Shown here: piece after piece, positions 1 through 12,835 of the stretch
How the letters are laid out: each line of letters opens with the position of its first letter
How positions within the stretch are numbered: the first letter of the stretch is position 1
NCBI GenBank assembly: GCA_965287045.1
Contig: OZ336881.1
Location: 46,376,001 to 46,440,000 of the forward strand
Origin: Carcharhinus amblyrhynchos
Lineage: Eukaryota
Reading direction: 5' to 3'
Length of the DNA: 64,000 nucleotides
Notes under the pieces: generated by a model
Seen by the model: the letters and a program-made list of their open reading frames with translations, nothing else
Told to the model about the DNA's origin: nothing
Databases searched by the model: none
Made by a program: the position numbers and the translations under genes

Positions 1-320
1 AAACTTCCGCTGGCATGAGCAGAATAATTGATTCACCAAAGGAGTGAACAAAGATATTCCTATTGAACAGAGGCTGCTTAGTTAAGGGACTAGTTTGGTG
101 GACATGACATTAGAAGCAATCAAAAAGATTGGTGCTTAAGATAGAAAGGGATGAGATAATTGATAAACTCATCAAATTTAAGAGAGGATAAACCCCTGAC
201 CTGAATTGATTGCTTCCATGCATAATAAAGAAGTTGGGAAGGAGATAATTAAACACTATTACATATATCATGTCAACTGACTGACAGCTAAAATTGTTCT
301 TATTTTCAAAAAGGGTGAGA
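1..320 (+). mobile_element. Highly decayed CR1 LINE ORF2 fragment
   Basis: Residual similarity to the CR1 'K..PGPD.LHP..LKE' region around 185-245; a further DFQKAFDK-like piece lies at about 1390-1510. Confidence 0.4.
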
Positions 321-498
321 GAATAAAGGAAGTCTGGTGGCACTATGATAGCAGCCCCTATCTCTGGGCCAGATGCTCTTGAGTTCAAGTTCCACTTCAG
401 AATTTGATGGCCACAGAAAGTACATTCATAAGCTGGCCAAACAGACCTGTAAATCCTAATATGTCTGTTGACAATTGGTAACAGTGGAATTTTTTTTT

Positions 499-1277
499 CT
501 GGTGCTTAACCAGTTAAAGAGACTGATCTGGCAAGTGTTCTTCAGTTTAAAATAAAAGGGGTGAGTTTTTGTTGAGTAAAAAACCCACTGAGGAAAGATT
601 TTTAAACATTTAAAAAGGTTTCACAACACTTTCACAACACCAACATTTTAATAACACACACACCTTTCCAGTAGCTAGTTACTTTCTTAGCTAAATTAAA
701 GTTCAATGCAAAAGGACAAAAAAGGAGAGTTTTGAGTGTTATTGAGTCCTTTTCTAAAGCCTTTTTTTGATCTCTTCTAATCTTCCTTTTCTTCTTTTCC
801 AAGTTATGGGCCCTATCTCTACAGTTTAAAAAATTAGCATATGAGAGGTGGTGAATTTCTATTGAAAGGAACTTCAGGTTTAAAAATCGTCAACTGTTGG
901 AAAAGACAGATTGTAATTTATAAAGGATTTGTCTCCGACAACTGTAATTTTCAATGGGCTTCAACTCCTGAAATCTCAAGACACTGTGGTGAAAAATCTT
1001 CTGCAACCACAGGTATCAGGAAAGGATTCCTGAACAGTGAACTCTCTATATTTTTTCTTTTTGCGTTGAACTTTAATTCAGCTGAGAAAGTAACTGGCTA
1101 CTGGAAAGGTGTGTGCATTTGGAAGTGTTTGTGTTGTGTACATGGGTCTACCTTTTTAATTTTAAACTTTACCTGAGTTGGTTCTTCATTCAGTAAAAAC
1201 TCACCCTTTTTGTTTTAAACTGAGGAATGGTTGCCAGATCAGTTCTTTTCAATCAGCACATAAATGGTTAAGTACAG
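499..1277. mobile_element. Fold-back/MITE-like element with about 260-bp imperfect inverted arms
   Basis: About 499-760 is the reverse complement of about 1015-1277 (e.g. tttaaaataaaaggggtgagttttt vs aaaaactcaccctttttgttttaaa; ctttccagtagctagttactttct vs agaaagtaactggctactggaaag). Confidence 0.7.
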
Positions 1278-2469
1278 GCATTGAGTAAGTACCTTCATCC
1301 ACACTAAATTCACAAAATAAATCCTGTTACAGTGAGACTTGGAATGATATAATCGGGGGAATAATTTTTACATTGCCATAACAACAAATAATAAAGAGTG
1401 GGCGAGGGCAACTAGTTGATGAATTTTCAAAGGCCTTTGATAAAAGTACCACATAGTAAACTCATAACTAAGGCTAGATTATATGAAACTAGGGAACAAT
1501 AGCAGAACGATTCACGGAATTCCGGAATTGTTACAGTGCAGGCTAGCAGTACAGTGAGCAAAGAACTAGCAGTGACATTACTCCTCTTTCCCTACCTCCA
1601 ATTAGATGAAATGGACAAGCTGGAGATTAGCTATTACTTTTTTTTCCATATCAGAGCAATTATTTTTAATAGTTTAAGATCTTATGCAGTAAATTGAAGA
1701 AAAATAATTATTTTCTGGTTGTCCATATTTCATTTTTAGAGAATTTGAAATGCAGTGTCAAATCTAGATAGATTTGCAATTGGGGTCTGCTTTAATGATT
1801 AACTTAGTTCCTGTCGCATTTGTGTCCATTTGGAATTGGATATTATTCAAAACCATTCAAAATAAACAGGTTCCCACTCCCAACAATGAAACATGCCTGA
1901 AGTTACAAATTGATATGTCTGGGATTCCAGAATTTGAACAATGCTGAATTAAATCTGAAGGTTGTGTTCAGAATGTTCTGATGTCCTTTGTTCTTAGTTT
2001 CTGCAGAAGCAATTGCAATTGTCAGCTGCATTGAGAGGATAAGAGTTTTTCAGTTAATGAGACCCTTCCTCCTGCTGCTGATCTTAAAACTTCAGCAAAA
2101 TGCACTAGTAAAGATAAATTACCTGAGGCAGAAAGAAGGTGTTGCTTCGAGCAATGACTACACAGTGAAGTATAATAAGTAGGGCATGGGAGGTGTCTGG
2201 AATGTCATCTCCAACTAAAGACATTACGAAGATGAATCATGATACAGACTTGATGTCAGTTTGATAAAAACCAGAGTGATTCATCATTAATGAAGTGCTG
2301 TAGGAAGGCCAAATACATATTGTGCTTTATATAATTCCATTTCACTGTATTTTGTAAGTCACTATTTGTCTTGATGTTGAATTGCTGACCCTGTGTTATA
2401 ATTGCACTTTATGTACTTAAGATGTCACTGTGACCTGTGCAACAGGGTACACTGTCATTAATGCAAATT

Positions 2470-3020
2470 AATGGAATGGTTACAGCTTAGTATAAGGCCA
2501 TTCAGACTGTCATGTCTTGCCAGTGACCTGCAAGAATAATTCAGCCAGACACCCTAATTTTACACTAGTCCTGAAGATTTTTTTCCCTTCAAATAATTAT
2601 TCAATACCCTTTTGAAAGCCACATTCTCAGGCAGTGCATTCCAGATTCTAATAACTAGCAGTGTCTGAAATTTTTCGATGTGTCACCTTTGGCTCTTTTG
2701 CCATTCACCTTAAATTTGTGCCTCTGGTTCTCAATCCCTCTTCCAGTGGAATACTTTCTCCCTATCTACTCTGATCTGGCCCCTCACAATTTTGTAAACA
2801 TCTATGAAATCTCCTCTCACCTTTCCCTCACTAATGAGAAATGACCCAGATTCTCCAATCTCTCATTATAACTGAAGTTCTTCACCCTTGGAAGGATTCT
2901 TGTAAGTATTTTCTGAACCCTTTTTAACGCTTGCAAGTTCATCCTAAAATGTGATGAAGTGAATTGGACACAATACCCCAAGTGAATCTGAAATAGGGTG
3001 CTATAAAGATTTCATAACTT
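2470..3020 (-). mobile_element. Decayed CR1 LINE 3' fragment
   Basis: Reverse complement resembles the 3' ORF2/UTR of the CR1 copies at 12836 and 47414. Confidence 0.6.
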
Positions 3021-3334
3021 TGGTGAAAGGGATGGCCTTCATGTGCTATTAATTGGACTCTGAAGACCATCATTGGGCCCCCAAGTGAGTGGGTCTTCCA
3101 ACAGCATCTCTGCCATTGGTAAAGTTGCTGTAGTGGTAAGGTCTGGCGGGTTGGTGCTGAGAACAGTGCTCATGGTATGTTGCCCAATTTTATGACCCTT
3201 CCTCTGACAGCCATTCTGGAGTGGGGCAATGGCATGCAGTTTAATGCCTCTATTTGAACTGCTGAGGATCCCAGACAGATTATTAACCACATTTTGCCAG
3301 GCCACCTTTGTACTGCCTAAATAAGTTTTAGTTT

Positions 3335-3611
3335 AAAGATTATTTATTAGTGTCACAAGTAGGCTTACATTAACAATGCAATGAAATTACTGTGAAAATC
3401 CCCCAGTTGTCATACTCCAGCGCCAGTTCTGGTACACTGGGGGAGAATTTTAACATGGCCAATGCACCTAACCAGCACGTCTTTCACACTGTAAGAAGAA
3501 ATTGGAGCACCCGGAGGAAACCCACACAGATAGTGACCCAAGCCAGGAATCGAAACTGGCCCCCTGGAATTGTGAGGCAGCAGTTCTAACCACTATGCCA
3601 TTGTGCTGACC
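3335..3611 (-). mobile_element. tRNA-derived V-SINE/HE1-like SINE (variant 3' tail)
   Basis: Reverse complement has the ggtcagcacaatggcatagtggttagaactgctgcctcac head, B-box-like gtttcgattcc and the central gggtttcctccgggtgctcc domain shared with the other copies. Confidence 0.8.
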
Positions 3612-4477
3612 AACATACCAAATAGCACTAAAAAAATCCATCATTCCCTTTCACGCATCATTGTTATTTATGGATTTGTCTGATAAACATAATTTTGGTT
3701 GTTCTTCATGGTGATTGAAATCAAAATTGTGAAGAAGTTCTGTTGTACTTAAACTCTAACCTTTGCCTTTGATACCTCTAGACTTAACAATTTTACTGCT
3801 CTGCTGATTGCCCTCCCACTGAGTAACCTTCATAAACTTTAATTTATCTGTTTGCCCTTATGCCAACTTGCACTAAGTTTCATTCACAAATTACCTGCAG
3901 CCAATTGAACAACATTCTGGCAAGGCTTTGCTTATAAGATTCTCATACTTGCTTTCTCAAACTTCCATTGCTTTGTTCCTCACTTTCTCTGTAATGTTCT
4001 CTCATCCTATAGTCCAGTGTGATCTCTATGTTCCTCTAATTCTGGCCTCTTGTGAAATCTTGATTTTCATTGTTTCACCATTGTGGCTATGTCTTTAAAT
4101 TATCCGGTGAAAAGTTCCACACCAACAACTACACTGCTTTCCTGAATACACTGTTCCACCCATGTATTAAAGTAATTAATTCTTATAAGTTAGGCATCTT
4201 CCCTCTTCTAAATCTGAGAGTGTGAGCTTTAGTTCTAAAGCTCGTGGCATCATATGTGGAACTTGCAATGAAAGCATTGTAGGGGGCCCCAGCTAATAGG
4301 GGGTACCAGACTGGTTCTCCCACAGCCACCTCTCAATGAAAACCTGGTAGCTATGAATTTGTGTGGTTTTCAGGGAGCTGAAGGGTGACCTGACCTGAGG
4401 CCAGGGCTGAGAGGGAGAGAGGTGGGTGGCAACTGGATCGGTGCGGGAAAGACAGCAATCCCAAGGTGACACCAGAG

Positions 4478-4781
4478 TCATAGAATCCTTACAATGCAAA
4501 AGGAGGCTATTTGGCCCATCGAGTCTACACTGACCACAATCCCACCCAGACCCAATCCTGTAACCCCATGTATTTACCCTGCTAATCCACTTGACACTAA
4601 TTTAGCATGGCCAGTCAACCTAACCTGCACAGCTTTGCACTGTGGGAGGAAACGGAGTACTTGGAGGAAACCCACGCAGACATGGGAAGTATATGCAAAC
4701 TGCACACAGACAATGACCTGAGGCTGAAATTGAATCCGGGCCCTTTCACTGTGAGGCAGCAGTGCTAAACACTGTGCCACA
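4478..4781 (-). mobile_element. HE1/V-SINE
   Basis: tRNA-like head (gtggcacagtgtttagcactgctgcctcac), central domain and CR1-type tail (atagcctccttttgcattgtaaggattctatga) on the minus strand. Confidence 0.85.
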
Positions 4782-5284
4782 GAAGCCAGAGCAGGCCAAA
4801 TAAAGCAAGCAGCAGCAGCAGGTAGTGAGCTGGGAGCACATGTGGTCACCGAGGCTTGAGGCCTCGGCCACCTGATTGAGAGGTGAGCAGTCAGGAGGTG
4901 AGAAAACCAAGCAGATACCGGCGTGGTTTTCAGGCAGGAGTGGGGTGACTCGAATCAGAGGCAAGGGCTGAGAGTGAGGAGGACTGGGCAACCAGACTGG
5001 CGAGAGCGAAAGCAGAGGCCAGGCCAGATAGCCAGTAGCAGCAGCCGGGAGCCACCAGCACACCAGCGGGGATCTAGCTGCAGGGGCAACTTGACTCTCA
5101 ATAGGGCAAGGATGGCCAGGTAGGCTGTCACCCTACTATACAGGTTCACCCATTTGCTTTCCTGTCCCTGGGTGGCCCATGAAATCCAGCCCATGGAATC
5201 AGATTCTCGCCTTGGGTTGAACAGGACACTGAGGTTCTGAGTATTTGGCCCTTGCTTGAGATAATGGCTGAAGAGGGAGATGGA

Positions 5285-5428
5285 TGAAGCCCTGACGAAG
5301 GGTCATCTAGATTTGAAACATTGGCTCTATTCTCTCCTCACAGATGCTGTCAGACCTGCTGATATTTTCCAGCATTTTCTGTTTTTGTTTCTGATTCCAG
5401 TATCTGCAGTATTTTGATTTTAGTCCAG
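5285..5428 (+). mobile_element. Penelope-type terminal fragment with decayed hammerhead motif
   Basis: agcc-CTGACGA-a-gggtc atcta gattt-GAAA-catt-ggct, followed by the cagatgctgtcagacctgctga...ccagcattttctgttttt tail also seen at 19170-19303; flanked by the direct repeat gagggagatgga (5273-5284, 5429-5440). Confidence 0.6.
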
Positions 5429-5467
5429 GAGGGAGATGGAACCAGTGGAAAGGGTACAGGATATGTG

Positions 5468-6486
5468 GGAGGATGATTCTCCCAAAATAATTCTAAGTGA
5501 CAAATTTGTGTGAAAAATGGAGCAAATCATACTGTTTTCTTCCAGCGGGAGTCTCTAAAGGAATTTCCCACACTCTGTGCCTCAGCATGAATCACGCTGA
5601 TATTTTTGTGGGCCTATTCCCACTGGAGTGGCCAGCAGCATAGCACTGAGCAGTCCACTGTGCATGTGGCCATCTGTCAACACAGTGGCCCCACACTGCT
5701 GGCCCCCTGATCGCTAGCCAGCCACGTGACCTTTTCATCGCTGTCCCTCCAATTCGCCCATGGCCCAATTGCTGGTCACCTCTGAACATGCCTGGGACAG
5801 CCTCAATGCTCCCCGTACCCCCAAGCCCACCTTGATGTTCCCCCATTCTCCCCGCAGCCCCAATCTACTAATCCCTCCCTCCCACATACCAGCAGCCCCA
5901 ACACCCCCACCCCCAGCAGGATGACCCACTCCCTGCTCTTGGCCAGCCCCAATTGCTGGCCTCCCTTCCTCTGTCACAACCCAAATGCAGAGTGGCAGCA
6001 GGACCCCCCCAAACCGACTGATCACCTCCCCCCAAAAAGGTCCTCTCCAACAGACCTTGCCCCCATCAGGCCCCACCCTCTTGGGCAGTGCCAGGGAGCC
6101 CAGGCTGGCATAGCCAAGGTGGAAATGCCCAGGAGGCACTTCCCCACCAAGCTCCTCAGTCGCTAACCCTCTGAGGGGGCTCGATGGCCTCCCTTCACTC
6201 CAGCGGGGTTGAGTCGCCAGCTCCCCGCATGTGGAGCTACTGTAAACCCTGCAGGAGTAAACCACTCCATTATACGTTATCCAGCTTTGCACTGATTTCT
6301 AGCGTGAAGCTGATGGTGCCGGAATACCGGGGCTTGGAGACTCATTGAGGCCATGGCACCTAGCTGGTAGCCCATGACATGGCCTCCGCTTGAGTCTCCT
6401 GGCCCGCTGTACTACAAAAGCAGCACAGCAGGATTGGGAATTGTCCCCGTGGTTTCCCATTGTTTAATTAGCGGAAATTCAGCTCA
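5468..6486. mobile_element. GC-rich non-autonomous DNA-transposon-like insertion with C-rich interior
   Basis: Sharp GC rise, C-run interior, and an end (gaaattcagctc) resembling other ...aattcagccc-ended repeats in the window; no coding homology recognised. Confidence 0.35.
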
Positions 6487-7559
6487 TCTAAAACTAGATA
6501 TTGGACAATCTTTTGATCTGAAGTTGCTTCATTCCAATTGCCTGTTAATTTAATTTCTTTTTCATGCAAAGCACATCTCCTCTTCCCCTTGGTCTAAATG
6601 GTTTAATTTCAGCTACTCAATAATTCAGTAAATCAAAAAAAAGACTTTCTCACACTGAGTTACTGGAATGTAAAATGCTTTTGCTACATGTATAAAGTCA
6701 ATTACAGCTTGCAAGAACTATTGGATAATTAGTTACTGAAGAATACAAAGGACTGTGAGGAGCAAACAAGAAAAATGAAACTGCAAAATCATGTCTCCAA
6801 ATAGAAATAGTCTAGTGTTCAAGTTTCCATGTTAGAGAAAATGAAATCCCTTTCATCTCATGATGAAGGTGGTAGACAAACATGGAAATCCTAAGTTCTG
6901 TTCCGGAGCTTCCTATTTTCATGAGGGTGGGCCGAGGTCATGCTACATGGAGGCAATTGGTTATTTAAATCATCAGTTGCCTCCAGTCAAATCAAATTTT
7001 AGCATCCCCGTATTTTGGAACCTGACCTGTGCAGTGCAAATTCGGTCACAGCAGGTCTGTTCTTAGTGCATTTGTTGTGGATAGCCAGGATGTCACTTTG
7101 GAGAGGCAAGATATCCTGTGGGCCTGGTATCATTTAGATTTGTATATATTATCTCAGACATTTCAAGAACTGAACTCCAACTGTTAACTAGTTCTTGTCA
7201 CCCAAGGGAATGGGAGGGTGGGGCTGCAGGATTTCCAAGGCAATGTTTTGCTGCCTCCAATGACTTTTGCGCCCAACTGCAAGGAAGAAATTAGTGCTTT
7301 TGAAGGACGTATTGTGCTTTGGCCAAGGGAGCATAGAGGATGGACATGGCACCTTCTTACGTCAAGGCCATACAATCCACAGTCAGCATGAGCAGCTGGA
7401 GCCCTAAGAGCGAGCTGCAAGTCAAGGGGAAGAGGCTGCAGCAGGAGCTTTAGGAAGGAGGAGGAGGAGAAGAAGAGCAAGCAGGTTCTACTTTGTATGA
7501 AGGATGTACAGACTTTGGGCATCGTATCTCAATTTGACAGAAAACCAGTGCCAAAGGAG

Positions 7560-8030
7560 ACTTGAGTTCAGCCCTGAGGTTGTAACAGACATTTGTCACA
7601 TGACCCAGCCTTCATAATCCATCAAACCGCATGCCCTGCCAGCGACTGTGAAGGTAACCATTACTGTTAATTTCTATGCCTTTGGCTCTTTCCAGGGCTC
7701 AATGGGAGACCCAGTTAGCTGCACCCAGGTCTGCATTAAGGCAGTGAATTAAGTCTTTTTGCTCATGTTTGGGGAGCACATTAGTTTTATCCATAGATTT
7801 GGCATCTCAATGCAGAGAACCATGGCCTTTTCCCAAACTGCAGCCTCCTTTCAATGTAGGGCATTATTGATTGCACCAATGTTGCAATAAAGACACCAAA
7901 TCTGCACGTGGACACCTTTGACAACCAGAAGTCCATCCACTCAATCAATGTCCACATGGTTTGTGACCACAAAAAGGTTTTTCTCCAAGATTCCCAGTCA
8001 GCCGGCATGACTCCTGTATGATAAGAATTT
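7560..8030 (+). mobile_element. PIF/Harbinger transposase remnant (DDE_Tnp_4-like); element probably spans about 6.8-10.2 kb
   Basis: Manual translation gives HALPATVKVTITVNFYAFGSFQ and GIIDCTNVAIK...NQKSIHSINVHMVCDH, matching the Harbinger/HARBI1 motifs G.IDCTH..I and NRKG.HSINVQ.VCD; disrupted by indels and stops. Confidence 0.75.
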
Positions 8031-10409
8031 TGCAACCCCTTACCTAAGTTAAGAACTTGACTGATGACCCTCAGTCGCACATGATGATGATACAACTGTG
8101 CCTTTGCAGTTTCTTGAAAGAGCTTTCACAACATCTATTCCAGCCAATGGTCCTGGTTCAGAACTGGGTGTCGCATGCATCAATCCTGGCTTCCATGTAT
8201 ACCTCAGTAAATGAAACCAATGACACCAGGAATGTCAATGCAGCCATTGCAGTGACCACAGCAGACAACCAATAGTAACTGGATAATACATGGCCTACCA
8301 CCAAGTTGTGATACTCACACCACAGCTAACGTATAACATTGCAGTTTGGATGAATGTCTTGTATCCAGCATTCATACTTACTGAATTACTAACATCCAGT
8401 GTTAGAATGGGTTGAGTAAACCTCCCTTGAAGGCACATTTAGATGGGAATGAAAGATCTAAGAAACATCAGTGCTCGAGCCTTTCATCTTTGGACCCTTA
8501 TGTTTACAGCAGAGAAAAACAAGAGCCCTCCTGTGCTTCACCAATCGTCCCAAACTCTTTCTGCTGCTGACAATATGTTAAGATGGCCCTCAGTTTGCTG
8601 CTCTTGTTATTACTGCTAAGATGTGCCTTCATATTTTGATCATTCTTTTTGAGCTTTCTAATATATAAGCATAAGTCAGGTAGAACCGTAAGTAACGATA
8701 CGTAGAAATGCTCAAATGTGATATGTAGACTGTGAAAAGGATAACCACAGTGAACTATTAGATCAGTAGGCGAAATGGCACTCTTCCCTCTAGCACACTC
8801 CTACAGACTGCCTCACACATTGCCTTGGAGGAGGTGGAGGCAGGCGGCTCACTTGTCTGTCTAAGCAGCAATGATGATCATGGAGGCCTGCCTCATCTGT
8901 TGAGGACCTACTTGAGACCGTGGCCACTGCATCTCTGCTTGGGCAATCTTGGTTGCTAGCACATGTGGAGCAGACATGGGCTCTGGCAGAGGGGCTGGAG
9001 AGATGGAGGAAGATGAGGGTGCCAAGAGATTCTTGGTACCTTTGTGTTTCCCAACTGTTTCCACAGTCCTGGAGTTGGCCTTCAAGTGGGTTTGATGGGG
9101 CTGCCTACTGGTGTGCAGCAGTTGTCCATTCCAGCAACTGCCATGTAAACAGTGTGGCGGTCCTTTTAATGGTACCCTGCTCCTCATCTATTCCATGGAT
9201 GTCAGCATTCATACCCTGAGTGGACTGATTCAGGCTAATGAGGGGGGTTTGCATCCTTTCCTGCCAAGGTGTTGCTCCCACATCCTCTCCAGGTATTGCT
9301 GCATATTTGTCTTCATGAGAGTGGACAATCTTTCATGCTCAGAGCTCATGTGGTCAAGCCCCCAGTCTTAACGTCTGAACCCTAACCTGAATGTGGAGCT
9401 CATAAAGATGATGGACTCCTCCATTTGCAGTCCTTGAGCTCCCATTGACTCAGGGAAGACTGTCAGATGTTCATACACCTGCTGTTGATTGGATCAATAG
9501 AGTGGCTCAATAGGTCCCATGTTCATGCCCACTGGTGCACCGTTTTGACTTTCTTCCCTCTTTCAAGGGCAACTGTGCACAGATATCTCTGACTCAGACA
9601 TCTCCTCAACAACCATCCCATGCCTCCCCCACAATCGTTCCCTGCATTCAGTGACCTGTGAAACAGGCAAAGCCATGACTTTCTGAAATCCACTTTATTG
9701 ATTTCTACCTGAGCTTTCGGCCTGCCAGCCTTCCACGGTAAAGCCAATTTATGTTAACCCTCAACATCAAAGCCAAGAATTCATGTCTCTGGTGGCATTT
9801 CACTGCAGCTGTTGTTTCTGCAAAACTGCAGGAGAAAGTATGCATGCTCGGGTGCATCTATAATCCCGTCATTGTGACACAAAAATGTCCTCAGCCTTTA
9901 CACAATTCCTTTCTCTCTCCTCAAATTCCATGGATAAGGCAACCTGAGCTGCAACCCTCCCTAAAACAATACTTGTAGCCATGCGAGAGAATGCAAGTTT
10001 GTATTCTCCTTAATTGAAAAAAAACACCCACCCCCCCGCCCCTCCCCCCCCCACCCCTCCACAACATGCAATGTAAGCTACTGATGAGATATGAAGCAAA
10101 GGAAAGTTTTCATCTCTTCAACGTGCCTGATGTTAAGCCCTGGATAAAGTGAAGACCTATTTTCCCCTCATTGGGAAAAGATCCAGGGCTTGACCAAACC
10201 CACACGTTGTATAAATTCCCATTAGTGTACCATCACTCCCACTCCCCTTCCACCCTGTACAATGATAATGTAAGATACTTCCCTTTCAGGGATAGTTTCT
10301 GAATTCCATTTTCAACCCTTTCCACCATATTTCTCTATTTTCTTTCTCTGGAAACTCAGTACAGCACTTCCACTCACTGAGAACAGATCTACCTCACAAT
10401 CAGAGGAGA

Positions 10410-10830
10410 ATGTACTCCTCCTCTTCTGTCTCTACCACTCTTCTTTTCTACCTTGTTCATCTCTCCTTTCCATTCCCCATCCCCCCCCTACAACTTGCTC
10501 TGTCCTTTCCTTCTGCTTTGCCCTTTCCTCTTCCTCTTCCTCATTTTGTTCCTTTTCTCCACTCCTATTGTGTGTTCTCCCCTCCCACCCTTTCCCTTCA
10601 CTACCCATTCCCGTATCTCTTCTCTCCGCTTCCCTTTTCACTGTTCTTCCTTCCTCTATTCTGCATTTCTTTCATTCCTTCCCGTGTGTTTCTTTTTCCC
10701 TATTCTTTCCTACATCCTTCCTTGCTTCCTATCCTCTTGCCATCTCCCCTCACACACTCCCTTTTCTTCCTTTGTCCCTTATCTCTCCTTCCTTCTCTGC
10801 TTTTGTTATCGGTTCTCTTTGCCTCCCTCT
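10410..10830. repeat. CT-rich low-complexity (polypyrimidine) tract
   Basis: About 420 bp made almost entirely of C/T on the + strand; produces spurious Leu/Phe/Pro/Ser ORFs. Confidence 0.85.
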
Positions 10831-11416
10831 TAAAATATTGTCCAGCTATATTCAAGAGGACTGGATTCTTTCCGAAACATCCCAGTTCTTTTTCACTAGG
10901 CAGGGGTGCAGATTATTGAGTTTTAGCATTCAGGTGGATAAGCGAGCCTTTTGCCCAAAACATTTAGTTTTGTTTCATTTTGATAACTGATTTACATATC
11001 AAACAGTTGGATTCCAAGAACAGCCAGAGCGTGTCTGACAGGCATCAATAAGATTTGTATGCAATTGACATTTCAAAGACACAATGGGATTTGTGATAGA
11101 ATCATTTTTCAGTGCAAGTAATGACTTCCCCTTGGGAAACAGACAGATCCCCCACTGCCCACCTCCTCCATCCTCGGATGATTAATAATATCCAATTCAA
11201 TCTGTACACAGCCTTAATTCTCCCACATCATTGGAATGATTCTATTATTGAATTTAAGCTTTGGATTCTGATGATGTTAGTTGCCCTGATAAGATGCTGC
11301 TGTGTTTTCTTGAAAAGCTGCAGTTCCCACAATGATGGGGAATTTCATATTAACTCACCTTCTAATGGTGAAGAAATGATCATTTTGTTAGTGATAAAGA
11401 AAGGGGAGAGAAGTAT

Positions 11417-11716
11417 GGGGCAGTACAGTGGCACAGTGGTTAGCACTGCTGCCTCACATCGCCAGGGATGTGGGTTCAATTCCAGTCTTGGGTCACTGTG
11501 TGGAATTTGCACATTTTCCCCATGTCTGCCTGGGTTTACACCGATGCTCTGGTTTCCACCCACACTCCAAAGATGTGCAGGCTAGGATGATTAGCCGTGC
11601 TAAATTGACCGTAACGTCAGGGGACTTGTAGGGTAGATAGGGCCTGTTTGGGATTGTGGTTGGTGCAGATATGATGGGCCGAATGGCCTCCTTCTGCACT
11701 ATAGGATTCTATGATA
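11417..11716 (+). mobile_element. HE1/V-SINE
   Basis: ggggcagtacagtggcacagtggttagcactgctgcctcac (A box), gggttcaattcc (B box), central domain, tail gggccgaatggcctccttctgcactataggattctatga. Confidence 0.88.
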
Positions 11717-12835
11717 ACTCAGTGTTTAACTCAGGTTGGTTTGTGATGGGAGTGAAATATAGAGGCCATTACTGTGTTTCAGGAACTTTGAGAAATTGCC
11801 CTGATATTTCTGAAGTTTTAACTTTTTTAAAACAGAGCATCTATTTAAACTTAATTACTTTGTGGAACAGATGCAATTTGGAAGCCAATAAATTAGTTGG
11901 GTAACTGGAAAAGCAATCAACACTTTGCACACAGCCGTTTTGCAAGACATGAGATCTCTTTAAAAGAGGAAAGTCAAAGCATTCTCACGACAAAATTGCT
12001 ATAATCCTGAGATTGGTACATAATTACTTAACTTCAGGTATTTCTCTATTTCTCAGTCTACATCTTCAGCAACTGTCATGATGCTCTTATTCAATTCCCC
12101 TTGCAGTTTGAAAAGAATATAGCGAGATGTAACTCTCAAAGACACATACTACATTGGAATGCTTGCAAAAAAAAGTGCATTTTTCACACAGCAATAACAA
12201 TGCTGAGTGGATAATCAGATACAATGAAATGCTGTTCCTCTGTGTTTTGCTACCTAGTGCCTTCAATAGCTGGTATATTATGGGCTGGTTGTTCGAATAA
12301 ATGCGTCAAGTTAGTAATTCATCATAAGGATAACTACTGAAATAACGAAATGCAGAGGTGAAGCATAGCATTCAATAAATTTGCTAGGCTTAAACAAAGA
12401 CAGAAACTGGCTGGTCGGGTAACATATGGTTGGACTAAAACATAGGTTGGACTAAAACCTGGTGTTGTCAGACTTTTTACCGGGTAACATATGTCAGGCA
12501 AAAAACAAAGTCTTGTCCTTTCTGCTTTTGACCACAGGCTTTTAGCTGTCAAAAAGGAAATGTGTTCAGCGGTTGGGACATAATTAAATGGAGTTAAACA
12601 TACAAAATAAAGGGGGAATAAGGTGTGTAATTATAAATTAGGATTTATTTTTCAATCCCATCAGCTAGACATTAAACTCTAATTATGGATAGTTCAATGG
12701 TGAACACTTGTTTGTATCAATACCTGTTCCCTCGAGCATAGCGCTTAGGATTTCTTTCATATCATGAAAATCTAACTCCAAGCAAGCTGTCTTCCTTGTT
12801 ACACCAAACTAAAAATTGGCAGTAAAATATTATTC

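Noticed and set aside
5735-6292. 185-aa Gly-rich ORF
   Set aside because: Antisense of a C-rich repeat interior; no recognisable homology.
7560-8030. HARBI1 host gene
   Set aside because: Multiple frameshifts, stops and deletions; it is a transposon fossil.
10410-10990. Overlapping hydrophobic ORFs
   Set aside because: Translation of a CT-rich tract.
11417-11490. tRNA-like sequence (also at the other SINE heads)
   Set aside because: A/B boxes belong to V-SINE heads, run into the SINE body and do not form a full cloverleaf.
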